Of a DNA stretch of 64,000 nt, positions 22,981 through 34,740 are shown one piece after another. Both the position numbers and the translations under genes were made by a program. The DNA is taken from positions 9,412,069 to 9,476,068 of the forward strand of contig JASCQW010000119.1 in NCBI GenBank assembly GCA_030264375.1, given 5' to 3'. Positions within the stretch are counted from its first letter, which is position 1; the number at the start of each line of letters is the position of its first letter. Source of the stretch: Carcharhinus longimanus. Taxonomy: Eukaryota. The notes under the pieces are model-generated. The model was not told the origin of the DNA and did not search any database. It saw only the letters and a program-made list of their open reading frames with translations.

Positions 22981-24555
22981 AAAAAAGTTGCAGAAGTTTT
23001 CATCAAAAAATATTTTTGATAGTTAACATCATTAAAAGTTATTTATGTTGGAAAGTGGGGGTTTGATATATTGGTCTACTTTTATGGGTTTGGGAAGGGG
23101 GAATAGGCTGTTGGCTGAGAAAGTCAAGACAAGTAAATGGAAATGGTTATACAGATTCAGAACAGCAGCAAAAAAAAGGAGGAATAAGTCAAGAGGCATT
23201 CCATTAAATTCCCGTATACTATGTGTAAGGCTCTGAGGCGCCCGGCAAATAAAACGTAAGCTGGTTTGTCCTGTGCAGAAGTGCAAGATTTTGCAGTCAC
23301 TCTGTCAATGCATGCACATTAACTTGTGGTATGTAGCCGTTCTCTGGGTAAATCTCGACATTTCCTGAAATTAAAAATATATTTGAATTTCAAGGCATTC
23401 AGAATCCAGAATTCTTACCAACGTATTTCAGAAAATGATATTCTGATCTCGATAAACATAACACCTTTCCTCAAAACATCTATGTCGCTATATTATCGGA
23501 AACTGTTTTTGATGATTCTGAACAATTTTCAAAGCAAAACCGGTGGCAAAACAAAAATCGGTAATGCTGTTCGTTTGACGGAATTTGCGTGTTTAACACC
23601 GTAGTACTTTATGCTTTATATGTTCAGATCCAATGCACTTGAATTGAGTTGTCGAAACGGGGTCGGGGGTGGGAGGGGGGCGGGGTAGGCCATAAATTTC
23701 TATTCAGTATTGTTATGAATAAAGAAACAAAAAAAGAACTTACCCATTTCCTGAATAGCTGCGCTGCACTTTAGCAATTCTATAAATAAGCAAAATTCAA
23801 ATAATACCATTCGCCCAACAAGAAATTAAGCATTTACGAATATTTCTACTGTTGCACCGTTATATTGATTGTTCTAATCCTCAATTTAATATCTGATTAC
23901 GTTAATCAGTGCATTTTGATTATTCTCGCTTTTGCTGGAGCCTCTTTTCTAATAGACGTCTATCAGTGGTGCACAGTGAACTGATGCTGATGTCTTTCTG
24001 CAACCGGGACGTACCCAGTAGGTTTTTAGAAACTGTAATTTATAATATGATATAAAATTTGTTGACTACCGTTACGGAGAAAAACCAGCGCCAGCACGTT
24101 CAGAAGCAAAGTCAACGACCAGTGGACTGCAATTTACTATAAATCTTCTGCATATTTGTATTGGATCAGTACAATATTGTTGTGAAAAACTAGTTTTATG
24201 GCTGCAAATTGTTCGAGATTATTCAGCGCGAGTTATAAATGAAAACAAAATGTTTGGAGTTGCAAAGACAGTGCAACAAAAGGTCCACTTCGAATAAAGA
24301 AGAATCATAAAGTTTGACGGCATTTTTTTTTCACCCTAAGTTCCAAATTGCCAAACTTTTTTTTTGTGTATGTTTGTTTTGCTATTCCTTCATTGGTTTG
24401 TGAATGTTTGTAATTTGATTTCAATCTGTGAGACTGAAAATCCTTATTCGAATGATTAACCACATATCATCACCCAACTAGTATACATAGAAACAATTAA
24501 CACAAATGTAACATCGTAAAAAAGTGTGTTGCCAGTGGATGTGCATCGTTATTGT

Positions 24556-24858
24556 GACACTGTGGCGCAGTGCCTCACAGCGACAGGGAAAGTCGTTCAA
24601 TTTCTGCCTTGTGTGACTTGCCGATTTTATGTCAGGTTTGCTTTCGAGTGCTCGAGGTTCCTCCCACTTTGCACAGATGTACAGTCGAAATTGACTGACC
24701 AGAGTAAATTGCCTCTGAATGACATAGGGTGAGTCGGTACCAATCGGTTGGATCAATTGGATAAATGCATGGGGTTATGGGAAAAGGTGTTGGTGGAATG
24801 CATAATCGGAAAGTCAATTCAAACTGGATGGGCCGAACAAAAAACTTAGCGATTCTAC
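24556..24858 (+). mobile_element. Degraded V-SINE with CR1-derived tail
   Basis: GTGGCGCAGTGCCTCACAGCG head, GTGCTC...GGTTCCTCCCAC core, AAATTGCC, GATGGGCCGAA tail. Confidence 0.7.
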
Positions 24859-25776
24859 ATTTGGAATGCATTGTTGTCGAAGAGAACCAGACAGGGAGTG
24901 AAGAGCTTGAATGAATTTGTCTCTTCTTTGCACAGTTGGAGTCCGAGGCGTTCAATATCTGAACCAGGAAAAGGATGCTAATTAAATTAAAACATCAATC
25001 TGCGCGGTATTCTGCTAGGTTATGCAAACATCTTGATATCTTAATGTGATCAACCGTGAACACTGGAACGTGGGATGGTGAGTCACTCAGGTGAATGAGA
25101 ATGCATTGCCAGTGAAATGTGAGGCTTGATGTTGATCGCCACGGACGAAAACCGTCTCGTTGCATTATAGAAAACAAAAAAAATGGAGTGCGGGTAACCA
25201 GCAGGGCATGTCGAATCGCCGATGAAGTCCAGTAAAATCAGTATTAACATTATCGAGAATGCAAAGCTAAGGAATCAGTATTCTTCTCAGCGGTTTTGGC
25301 CTGCAATTGTAATCGTAGTGCATTTTTTCGTCGTGCCAAATGCAGGACATTTCTTAACGGTGATGGACGATCTTGAAAAGAGATGGGCAGCATCAACCTT
25401 CACAGAACAACACGTGTGTCCGTTTTTTGGGGGAACTGTGTTCTGCAGGGCTGCGTTCAGAATTAAACGAACGAATCAAAACGGAGAATAATATCCTTTT
25501 CCTTAAATTAGTAATACACAAATTAATAGATAGCTCCGCGAATTGGGCATATGGATATAACTAAGATTAAACTATTAGTTCTTTTCAGCATTGAATGTTG
25601 TGTAGACAAAATTGCCTTGATCGGAAACGGTTGAAACCTCGTCATGCAACTGTTCAAATAACTAACTGACACAGTATTATTATATTGAGACACTAAATTC
25701 GAGATGCAAATTAATGTATTTCTTCGTCATGCATTTTGCAAGTCCCGCCGTTCAAAACAATTGTGTTGGTGAAACA

Positions 25777-25950
25777 CGGCAGCACTGTGGTCAGCGATGC
25801 TGCTTCGCAGTTCTTATAGATCCGGGTTTGAGCCCTAGCTTAATTTACTGTTTCTGTGAAATTTGCACATTCTTCCCGTGTCTGTGTGGGTTTCTTCCGG
25901 ATTCTCCAGTTTCCTCCCATATTCTTAAAGACGTAGTGGTTAGATGCATT
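25777..25950 (+). mobile_element. V-SINE fragment
   Basis: GGCAGCACTGTGG...TTTGCACATTCTTCCCGTGTCTGTGTGGGTTTCTTCCGG...TTTCCTCCCA. Confidence 0.8.
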
Positions 25951-26374
25951 GTCACGCACAGACGCTGGACTGTGACCACTAGTGAAATTTCATCGTAACT
26001 TAATTACAGTGTTCATGTAAGCCCAATGTGTGATTAATCAATGAACTTCTCTTTTACCTTTCCCATATCATTGACGCACACCTCCCAGCAAAATATCTGT
26101 GCATCGTTTAGTGATACATTGGAACTTGTAGTTAGAGAAGGTTTTTTTATTCTTTTTTTCTCCATTTATGAACCTTCCAGAATGGTACAATATACCCTGG
26201 ATGGTGCCCTAAAAAGCAAATGCACAGACTATTCAAACAAAAAATCATACAAGGTTCTGGTGAAGGAAGAATGTGAAATCAATGAAAATCTCTGGACAAT
26301 CGAGATGTATAGATTTGGATAGACAGAAGCAGTGTTGGGCTGGAAGGAACAAAACATTTTTCAGAAATGAAGAT

Positions 26375-26945
26375 CAGATTAGAAAGCCCCAAAACATCTT
26401 TGCTCTCGCAGGAGGTGACGGGAATTTGGCATCATTAATGTTCTCAACATCATTTTAGGACACAACATGGAAGGCATCATTTTTGAATGTATCACAGCTT
26501 GGTATGGTTCCTGTCATGATGAAGACAGCAAGAAATTTAAAAGCGCTGTAAACAAGTCCGAGTACATTCGGAAAAGTAGCATTCCATCCATTGACGCTCT
26601 CTGCACTTCCCTCTTTCTGAAATGAAACCAGCATCATCATGGAATGTATGCACAATTGGCGTGCGTTACTCCATCTTTGCACAGGCGGGAGAAGTTTGAA
26701 AAGGATGAGGTAACATGCCAACTGACTGAAGGAACATTCTCTGCTGCCATCGGAAATTTGAGCGTAACTATCATATATTACGTCATCCACTCCTTACACT
26801 CTATCTATGTCTGTATTATGACATTTTGTACCCTTCCGTTTCCTGCGTTATGGACAGTGTGCTTTGTCTGCATGGTGGATGAAACTCAATACTTTCCACA
26901 ATATGCCAATGTATGTGATAATAATAAAACAAAGCACATCAAAAG
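26375..26945 (+). mobile_element. Rex1/Babar-type LINE 3' end, degraded
   Basis: GGAGG..GGAATTTGGCAT, GTATCACAGCTTGGTATGG (CITAWYG), 3' UTR ending GTATGTGATAATAATAAAAC. Confidence 0.7.
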
Positions 26946-27529
26946 CAAGGAAGAGCAAATGAAACACTGTGTCAATAAACTGTTGTGCAAAGTAGGGTCA
27001 AAATACGTCACCGTTCTCACAAGCCTTGAATGTCATTCTATAAGCTCATGGCAGATCTTGAGTTACAAATTCGTTATTCCCATCTACTGCCAAAAAGCAC
27101 TGCATCGTTCATAAATCCAGGAAATGTAGTCAACCGGCAACCAAATGGTTCATTATCACGTGACAAAATACTTGTTAACTGCCTGAATGTTAATGCATTA
27201 ATTGAGNNNNNNNNNNNNNNNNNNNNNNNNNNNNNNNNNNNNNNNNNNNNNNNNNNNNNNNNNNNNNNNNNNNNNNNNNNNNTTGAGAGTTCCATTGAAA
27301 AAACTATTTTAAATGGAACAACTTAAGTAAGCAATTTAAGATCTAATGTTGCCGAATGAGGTTGGTTAATTAAAAATAAAACAGTAACATCTGCAGGAAC
27401 TGCCTTCATGATCCATTATTTACTTCGAGGAAATGTCGTCTGAGTCACACAAAGAAGCATAACGGAAGAAAACACAACACTGTGTCCGGTGGGATTCGGA
27501 AACAAATCAGAAAAACGCTGAAGTTTGTT

Positions 27530-27790
27530 TATTATTGCCAAAAGTAGGCTTACATAATTCCTGCAACAAAGTTGCTGTGAAAATATCCTGTTCCCACACC
27601 CTGGCACCTGTCCAGGTCAACGCACCTAACCAACACGTGTTTCAGAATGTGGGAGGAAATACGTACAAAACCAACACAGACACGCCAAGAACGTGCAAAC
27701 ACCATGCAAACAGCCGGATTCGGAGCCGGAATCGAAGTCATGTCCCAGACGCTGTGAGACAGCACTGCGTCAGCATGCCGCTCCCGTGCT
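27530..27790 (-). mobile_element. V-SINE with AAGCCTACTT tail
   Basis: AAGTAGGCTTACAT tail, TGTGGGAGGAAA core, GAACGTGCAAAC, GCTGTGAGACAGCA. Confidence 0.75.
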
Positions 27791-28567
27791 GCTTATGAGT
27801 CATGTGGACTCGATACTTTAAACCATCTTTCTCTTTAATAAATAACTGCTTAAATGATCTGACAATGCAATTTCAAAGTTCAGGAATACGATATAGATTT
27901 AAGTCAGTTGGAAATGTCACAACTTTCGTTGGCACATGTTACACTAAGTGGTTGGCAGATTTGTGCCTTTTGTTTTCAGTTTGAACGACGCTTCTATTGT
28001 GCTGAAACACAGGTTACAGCCAGAAAGTAAACACGAACTTGAGAATGAATGAAATATAACTTAGTAAACAGGAGCCACTTGTACGGACAATAGCCTTTCC
28101 AGCAAAAAAAGACTTGAAAACCAAAATAGAAAGAGCTTCGCAGCGCAACCATTAATATCTGGCCCAGTTACGTATCGGGAAATCCATCTAATTGAGCATT
28201 GGGCAAAAAAGGGAAGCGCCCGAAAAAAAATATCTAGCTGAGGTATATCGAGAAGCTGGAATAAACTTAGAGGTCGTTTGAATTAAAGTGGCACAGAAAA
28301 TTGGAGCCGATACAGGTTAAAATTCCATGAGGTCACAGTAAGAACTGATAAAACGTTGATTGCCAGGTGCCAAGAAACATCTGAAAATTACTGCAGCATC
28401 TGATTAAGTAAACCGATGAGCAGCAACTTTCTGAAAGTTTGGGCCCAATCCCCAGGACATTAAGGGGGAAGTTACATGAACAGTCAGTGCATCACTCCTA
28501 TGTTTGGACATTTGTGAACCTCCAAATTCTTCCACACTTATGAGGACACGTGGGAGTAAAAGGGAAA

Positions 28568-28697
28568 CAATTATAATTATAATTATTAATTTATATAATA
28601 TATGTTTCATAGAATTTATAGTTATAATTATAATTTATTTAATGATACAGTTATAATTATGTAACATAATTTATGTTATTTATAATTAGATATTTAA
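28568..28697. repeat. AT-rich low-complexity tract (TTATAA/ATAATT iterations)
   Basis: Almost purely A/T with repeated TTATAATT. Confidence 0.7.
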
Positions 28698-30242
28698 GAC
28701 GTAAGCCGTAACAAGTTGTTTAAAAAGCTAATTATCAGCGTTTATCATTGTTTTCCAAACTTTACTGAAAGAAAAAGTAAACGTTATGGCCTTTTGAACC
28801 ATAGTTCCATTCTCGGATTATTCAGACATCGGCTAACATCAGCTCTGTTCGCAAAGCGTTATCCACTAAACTGCCGCAACAGCTGAGCGTTGGCAACACA
28901 TTATTTTGTGCACGAAGGCCTTTTTTTTATTCTTGGCCCAACAGATTACAATCAATATGCAATTTAATACAATCTGAGAACAGAAAAAAACAGGTAATAT
29001 ATCAATTATATTCTGAATGAAAACAAAGAAACATCACAGCATTGAAGTACGATTTTGGATCCCTGAGGAATTACATTGGAGAGACGCTTGAATTAAGAGA
29101 GATAAACGTGCTCCCAACGCATTTAAGTGTATGTGAATTCCGTGCATTCACGAGGGACAAAACGACCAGCGATTGGATCGCAAATGAAAATAAGTATAAA
29201 GTATGCGAGAGAAAGAGGCAGTGAAAGTAAATGCATTATGAACTCCTCTCCTGTGAGCATAGTGTAGCAGGACTAATATTTGATCAATTTGAGTAGGGAC
29301 TGGGGAAGACAATATCCCGGTAAGCCAACGAGTGGCAAAGGCTTCGAACATTTTTTCCCCATTTGTATTATGGAAGAACACGCATATTACGCATAGGAAG
29401 TGTGCATAATGCCACATGATACCGTCCAATATTCACGATGTCCTGCGATTAATTTAAGCAGGAAAAATTCACGAATGTAAATTTGAGAATCGCTAAACTC
29501 TCTCAGCGTCATTATTCACCACATCAACTGCTGTACCATTTCCTCCCGACATCATGCTGTTTCTAACTGGATAGCGACATCAATGAACAATTCTCGGGTA
29601 TTAACGTTCTTTGTTACAGACAACCTGCGTTGGGGAAAAAAAGAAATAGGTGCGGAAGATAAAAACGTAATAGATCGATTTTGTGTAAAAAAAATCGAGT
29701 ACACTACAGCACGTAATATCTGCATGCAGCCTGTAGATATTCGCTAAAATTCGTCGGAACTGAAAAAAAAACATGGACAGAATCATGCCTTTGCAGGGAC
29801 GATAATTGGGAAGAAATATGTTCCGATTTTTTTTTCATGGCAAGGTAAAGTACATTGTAACAGGAAAAGAATGCAGAAATTATGTAACCAAATTTATACC
29901 ACTGTGTTTTACCACTCCCAGATGCAGGGACATACCAGAATCACGTTATTTCTTATTTTGGCCCGACTCAATATAGGACAAATAGAGTTATTGGGATACA
30001 AAGAGAGTAGACATTTTCTTTTTCTTCAGCTAAGTTTGCATAATCCATCTCCCGATCGAAATATCCCGCTTCTAAACTCATACGTGTTTCTGTCCCACAC
30101 TACAGGCAAATGGTATACTTGTAAAGCCAAATGAGCAATATAATGTACGCCCTCCAATCCTTAAACTGGTCAATAACCCTAGTCATTGAAACCAATATTT
30201 ACTATAATATATAAACATTTAGTCTAAAACACTTTACTACGT

Positions 30243-30379
30243 AAACAATCAATCAAACAATCACTCAGTCAGTCAATCGAACTACCTATTCCCCTATTCA
30301 TACAATCAACTATTCATCCCTCTAACTAGCGGTGAATCCATCCATCCATCCGTCTATCTATCTATCTATCTATCTATCT
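30243..30379 (+). repeat. Compound tetranucleotide microsatellite (CAAT/CAGT/TCCA/TCTA) running into N gap
   Basis: AATCAATCAA, CAGTCAGTCA, TCCATCCATCCATCC, (TCTA)n. Confidence 0.85.
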
Positions 30380-32674
30380 NNNNNNNNNNNNNNNNNNNNN
30401 NNNNNNNNNNNNNNNNNNNNNNNNNNNNNNNNNNNNNNNNNNNNNNNNNNNNNNNNNNNNNNNNNNNNNNNNNNNNNNNNNNNNNNNNNNNNNNNNNNNN
30501 NNNNNNNNNNNNNNNNNNNNNNNNNNNNNNNNNNNNNNNNNNNNNNNNNNNNNNNNNNNNNNNNNNNNNNNNNNNNNNNNNNNNNNNNNNNNNNNNNNNN
30601 NNNNNNNNNNNNNNNNNNNNNNNNNNNNNNNNNNNTGCCATATTATATTTCCCAGTCAAACGTATCATAACCAGTCGAATGTTAAATGTGCATTATTGAA
30701 AACCAGTGAACACGGTCTGAGAGCTGCAAGGATCATTGCATTTTTTTCCCCATGTTCATGGACTGTTCAACAATTCTTGGCTTGTGACCTACCAGTTTTA
30801 TATTTGCCTCCGAATATATGTCCAATGATATTGAAATCATTACTACTGTTTTACTAGTGGTAAGGCACGTTATCACCAGTCAAAGTTATTACAGTATAGC
30901 ACAGAGTTTCGTTGCGGTTCAATAAATGTATCTGAAGTGCGTCAAAATGTGTCCCTTTAACGAGTTCGTATTGAATAGCTGTGCAAGCCTCCAGATTTAT
31001 TAGACACAATACACGAATTTGCTTTCCTTGCTGCATAATGTTTTGCATAGGAAATCAACGCATAATTATTTTTTTTCAAAAGTATAAATGTGGATGTTTA
31101 TAGAAATGCACTGCTACGATAAATTCACAAAATGTGTGGAATCTTGAAATGAGCTGTTAAAAATGCAACTGACATGCCGGCATAACTACATTAAACGTAC
31201 CCTATCAAGACTGTTTAAATTTATCTCCCCAGCAATATCAATGGAAATTAAGCATACCCTGTATTGCGCTTGCATGAACTGTGAGAGCTCCCCTTGCAAC
31301 TTGCAATGTGCTGGAAGGCCCCTAAAAGGGGTATATAGGCAGACTTTTTATGTTCTTGTACCTGACTTCTTAACAAAGCGGCTATAGGTTCTGTGTGATG
31401 GTTCATTTGCTTAGGAATGAGATGAAGCGAAATGTCCATCAAGTACTATCCCGATGTCTCTGCGCATTCGTCTGTAAATCCATTCATAATTTTGCCCAAG
31501 TATTGCTGCTGTGTGTACATGTTGCTGCTGAGCCTACATACAACAATACATTTCCAAGGGTTCTGTTGCGTTATACAAATGGTAGGGATAGTATGATATA
31601 TCAATTTGGACATTTTACAAGGCGCCTGATCTGCAACGATGCTGACATTGTGTAGATATAAATCGTTTCTGTGCTCTTTGACAACTTATATTACAGGTAA
31701 CCAATTAGGACAATTTGTACATCCATACCTTTAACTTTTTCTCTTAGCATCACATCTGACAAGCAAATATAAATCAGATTGTCATAGCACCAAAGACAAG
31801 TCTTTTTTTTCTTCATGCAGCATTTCTTTTCCCGCCAGATGTACTTGCTGCTAACTATAATAATTTTCAAAGTATAGATGTATTTCCCTTCCTGTTTAAC
31901 ACAATGCTTGGGCCCATCTGAAATAAATTTCTAATTTAGCTTTCAGCGAGGGGAGAAGCCTAGAAATGACAAATACAGTACTTTGCATCATAAGCAAATT
32001 GTAGAGTCATCATACATATTTAATGTATTTGTCTTCAACTCCCCAATCATGCTGTCTCCCAATTTCCACCGTTTGATTGTGACTTGAGTACCATTGATTG
32101 ACACAAGACATTATACCGTTCCACATGCGTTCGTTGAACTGCCATCGAAAAATGCCTCAGCACTGTGTCTTTTGGATGTGATGATCTCAGAACATTAGTA
32201 GTGTGAATTTGGATGAGGATATAATTTGATTGCAGTAAAATTCCGGAGCAACTACTTGACTTTGTGTCTGTGCGCATATGTCTTTATTCAGTTGCGATTA
32301 ATAGAAATATTGCACATCATAGAGTCGGAAAATGTGGGGGTAACGTAGCTAGATGAACATCTCTGAAATGAGTCTGCGTTAAAGTGGATTTACAAATCAG
32401 TACCTTGAAGTTAAAAATGTAGATTCACAGTTTTAAAAGGACCTGAATGTTCAGCTGCTAAATTTCTGAGGAAAGGTTAAGAAACATTTACAAAATCCAA
32501 TGCTGCCAGACGTAATATGTATCTCATAATCTGGCAGCCGAAATGTGAGGGCATTTTTTTTCCGATATTACTTTGCAAATCTAGCTTCGGATCAATCAGA
32601 GAACAAAAGGGGAATATGCATTGATGAGGGACATGGAGATATATTAAATTTAGCTGTCTTGGTGTGTGTCGTTT

Positions 32675-32770
32675 TGTGTGTGTGTGTGTGCGCGCGCGCG
32701 CGCGCGCGTGACGCAATGGGGGCGGGGTGTGGTGGTGTGAGAATAAGGCGGGGGGGGGGGGGGGGGCGGG
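32675..32770 (+). repeat. (TG)8(CG)9 alternating purine-pyrimidine tract followed by G-runs
   Basis: Read directly from the sequence. Confidence 0.9.
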
Positions 32771-33499
32771 NNNNNNNNNNNNNNNNNNNNNNNNNNNNNN
32801 NNNNNNNNNNNNNNNNNNNNNNNNNNNNNNNNNNNNNNNNNNNNNNNNNNNNNNNNNNNNNNNNNNNNNNGCTTCGTTATCTGTGCTGAGAGAATGTGTA
32901 GCTTCCGAAGCAACAATCCAGGAGAAAAAAAAATCAGAAGGAACTATGTGTTGAAAATTTTCTCGGATTTCCACAAAAAAAAAGGTTCTTCCGGTGACAG
33001 CGGATATATCTTTATTCACGTTACCTTAATCTTTAGTCGGTGATATCATTGGATGTTTTTATAGTTACATTTTACATGAGAACTGTTGACGAAAATGGGC
33101 TACGTGTGCATTCTGACTGTATGGTGTTTCGTGATATACTTCATAAGAACTTCAACTGTTCAAATGCGAACTGGCTATAATTATTCGATTTCTCCTCTTC
33201 TCTCCCATTTTCAAAAAAACAAAGATACGATTCTAATCAAGAAGGCAACTTCCCCTCTGACATTTTGTTGCATAACAAATGGCATCTGCTCTAGTCTTAA
33301 CAAATTTACCATTGTGTCCTTGCCTGGCTGTTGCCTCATGAGCCCTTATGCAGAGTCTCCTCATTGTAAAGTCAACACTTACTGGAAAAAAAAGAGGATT
33401 TTGAAGACGGAATAATCAGGTAGCACATTGTCGTGCTATTCCGGAGGTGCAACATCGCCATCTAAAATATCAATAAGTGCAGTGACATTAGCTCACATA

Positions 33500-33830
33500 T
33501 TTACAATTCTCTGCTTGACCTCGTCGGGTATTCCTGGCTTGAGTTACTGTCTCTGTGGGGTTTGTACATTCTCCTCCTGTCTACGTGGATCCCGTCCGGG
33601 TGTTCTGGTCTCCTCCCACAGTCCATAGTTGTGCGGGTTAGTTGATTGCCCATGCTAAAATTGCCCTTGAGTGTTTTGAAATCTGTAGGTTAGAGGAATT
33701 AGTGGGTCAATATGTAGGAATAAGCGGGTACAGCCTGGGTGAGATAGTCGCCGGTGCAAACTTGACGGGCCAAATGGCCTCTTTCTGTCCTGTAGAGTAC
33801 GGATGATAGTATCTATCTATCTATCTATCA
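33500..33830 (+). mobile_element. V-SINE with CR1-type tail, followed by (TATC)n
   Basis: GGGGTTTGTACATTCTCCTCCTGTCT...CTCCTCCCACAGTCC...CATGCTAAAATTGCCCTT...GGGCCAAATGGCCTCTTTCTG. Confidence 0.85.
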
Positions 33831-34516
33831 TATATGCCAATATTTTTTAAAAAAGGAAAGTCCACAGAAATCAATTTGGAAAATTTTGTAAAACATATCA
33901 AAAAGATCCGTGATTCCACTCCAGATTTATAACAACATCTATTTGACAGCACTACCGGGTCAGTGTTATATGATTGCACTAGTCGCTGCCACAAGTCTTA
34001 AGGTCAGTTACCTAAGTCTAATGTGCTGGGACGCGACATAGAGCTTTGCAGGATGCTTCATAGCTGCGATCGAATCTAACATTCCTTGACTCAGTAACCT
34101 GGGCTTGGACTTCCGTGAATGAATGTCATTCAGATGCCATTAAGACGTCTGTGATTCTAAGACAACACACAAACTCCGTGCTTTCTCGAGCAATTGTGTG
34201 ACCTGGTTATTAGTATTTCATTTGCACTCCTGATGAACAAAACACTGGTGGAAATCTCGGCAATTTGCAGACTGCAGAGGTCAGGAAAATTCTGCCTAGC
34301 CTGTCAACAATAAAAAAAAAACTTGCATGTCCTAATCGTCAGACGTTCTAGATTCATCTGAACGTGACACCGTATCAGTACTCGTCTTCCATCTCTTGAA
34401 ACTTTTGTGGCCCTTACCTTCGTGAGTCCACGTTTGTCAGGGAGCCGAATGCTGTGCTGGGGAATGCTTCTGTAAAATTCCCTCGAAATTGATAAGCGAC
34501 ATGCGTCAATGGCTAG

Positions 34517-34740
34517 GTGGAGTTTGCATATTCTGCCCGTGTCTGCATGGTTTTCCTCCGGGTGCCCCATGTCCCGGCCATAGTCCAAAAGATGTGTTGG
34601 TTAATTACATTGTCCATGCTGAATTTTCTATCAATGTATCCAGGGAGGCGCCGGAGTGCGACGACTAGGGGAATTTCGCAATCAATTACTTTTAGCGTGA
34701 ATGGAAGCCTACTTGTGACGAATGCACAGATAAGTTTCAA
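34517..34740 (+). mobile_element. V-SINE, 5'-truncated
   Basis: GTGGAGTTTGCATATTCTGCCCGTGTCTGCATGGTTTTCCTCCGGGTGCCCC...GGCGCCGGAGTGCGACGACTAGGGGA...AAGCCTACTTGTGAC. Confidence 0.85.

Noticed and set aside
31255-31340. TACCCTGTA, the miR-10 5' end
   Set aside because: Only 9 nt match; the rest of the mature sequence and a proper hairpin are absent
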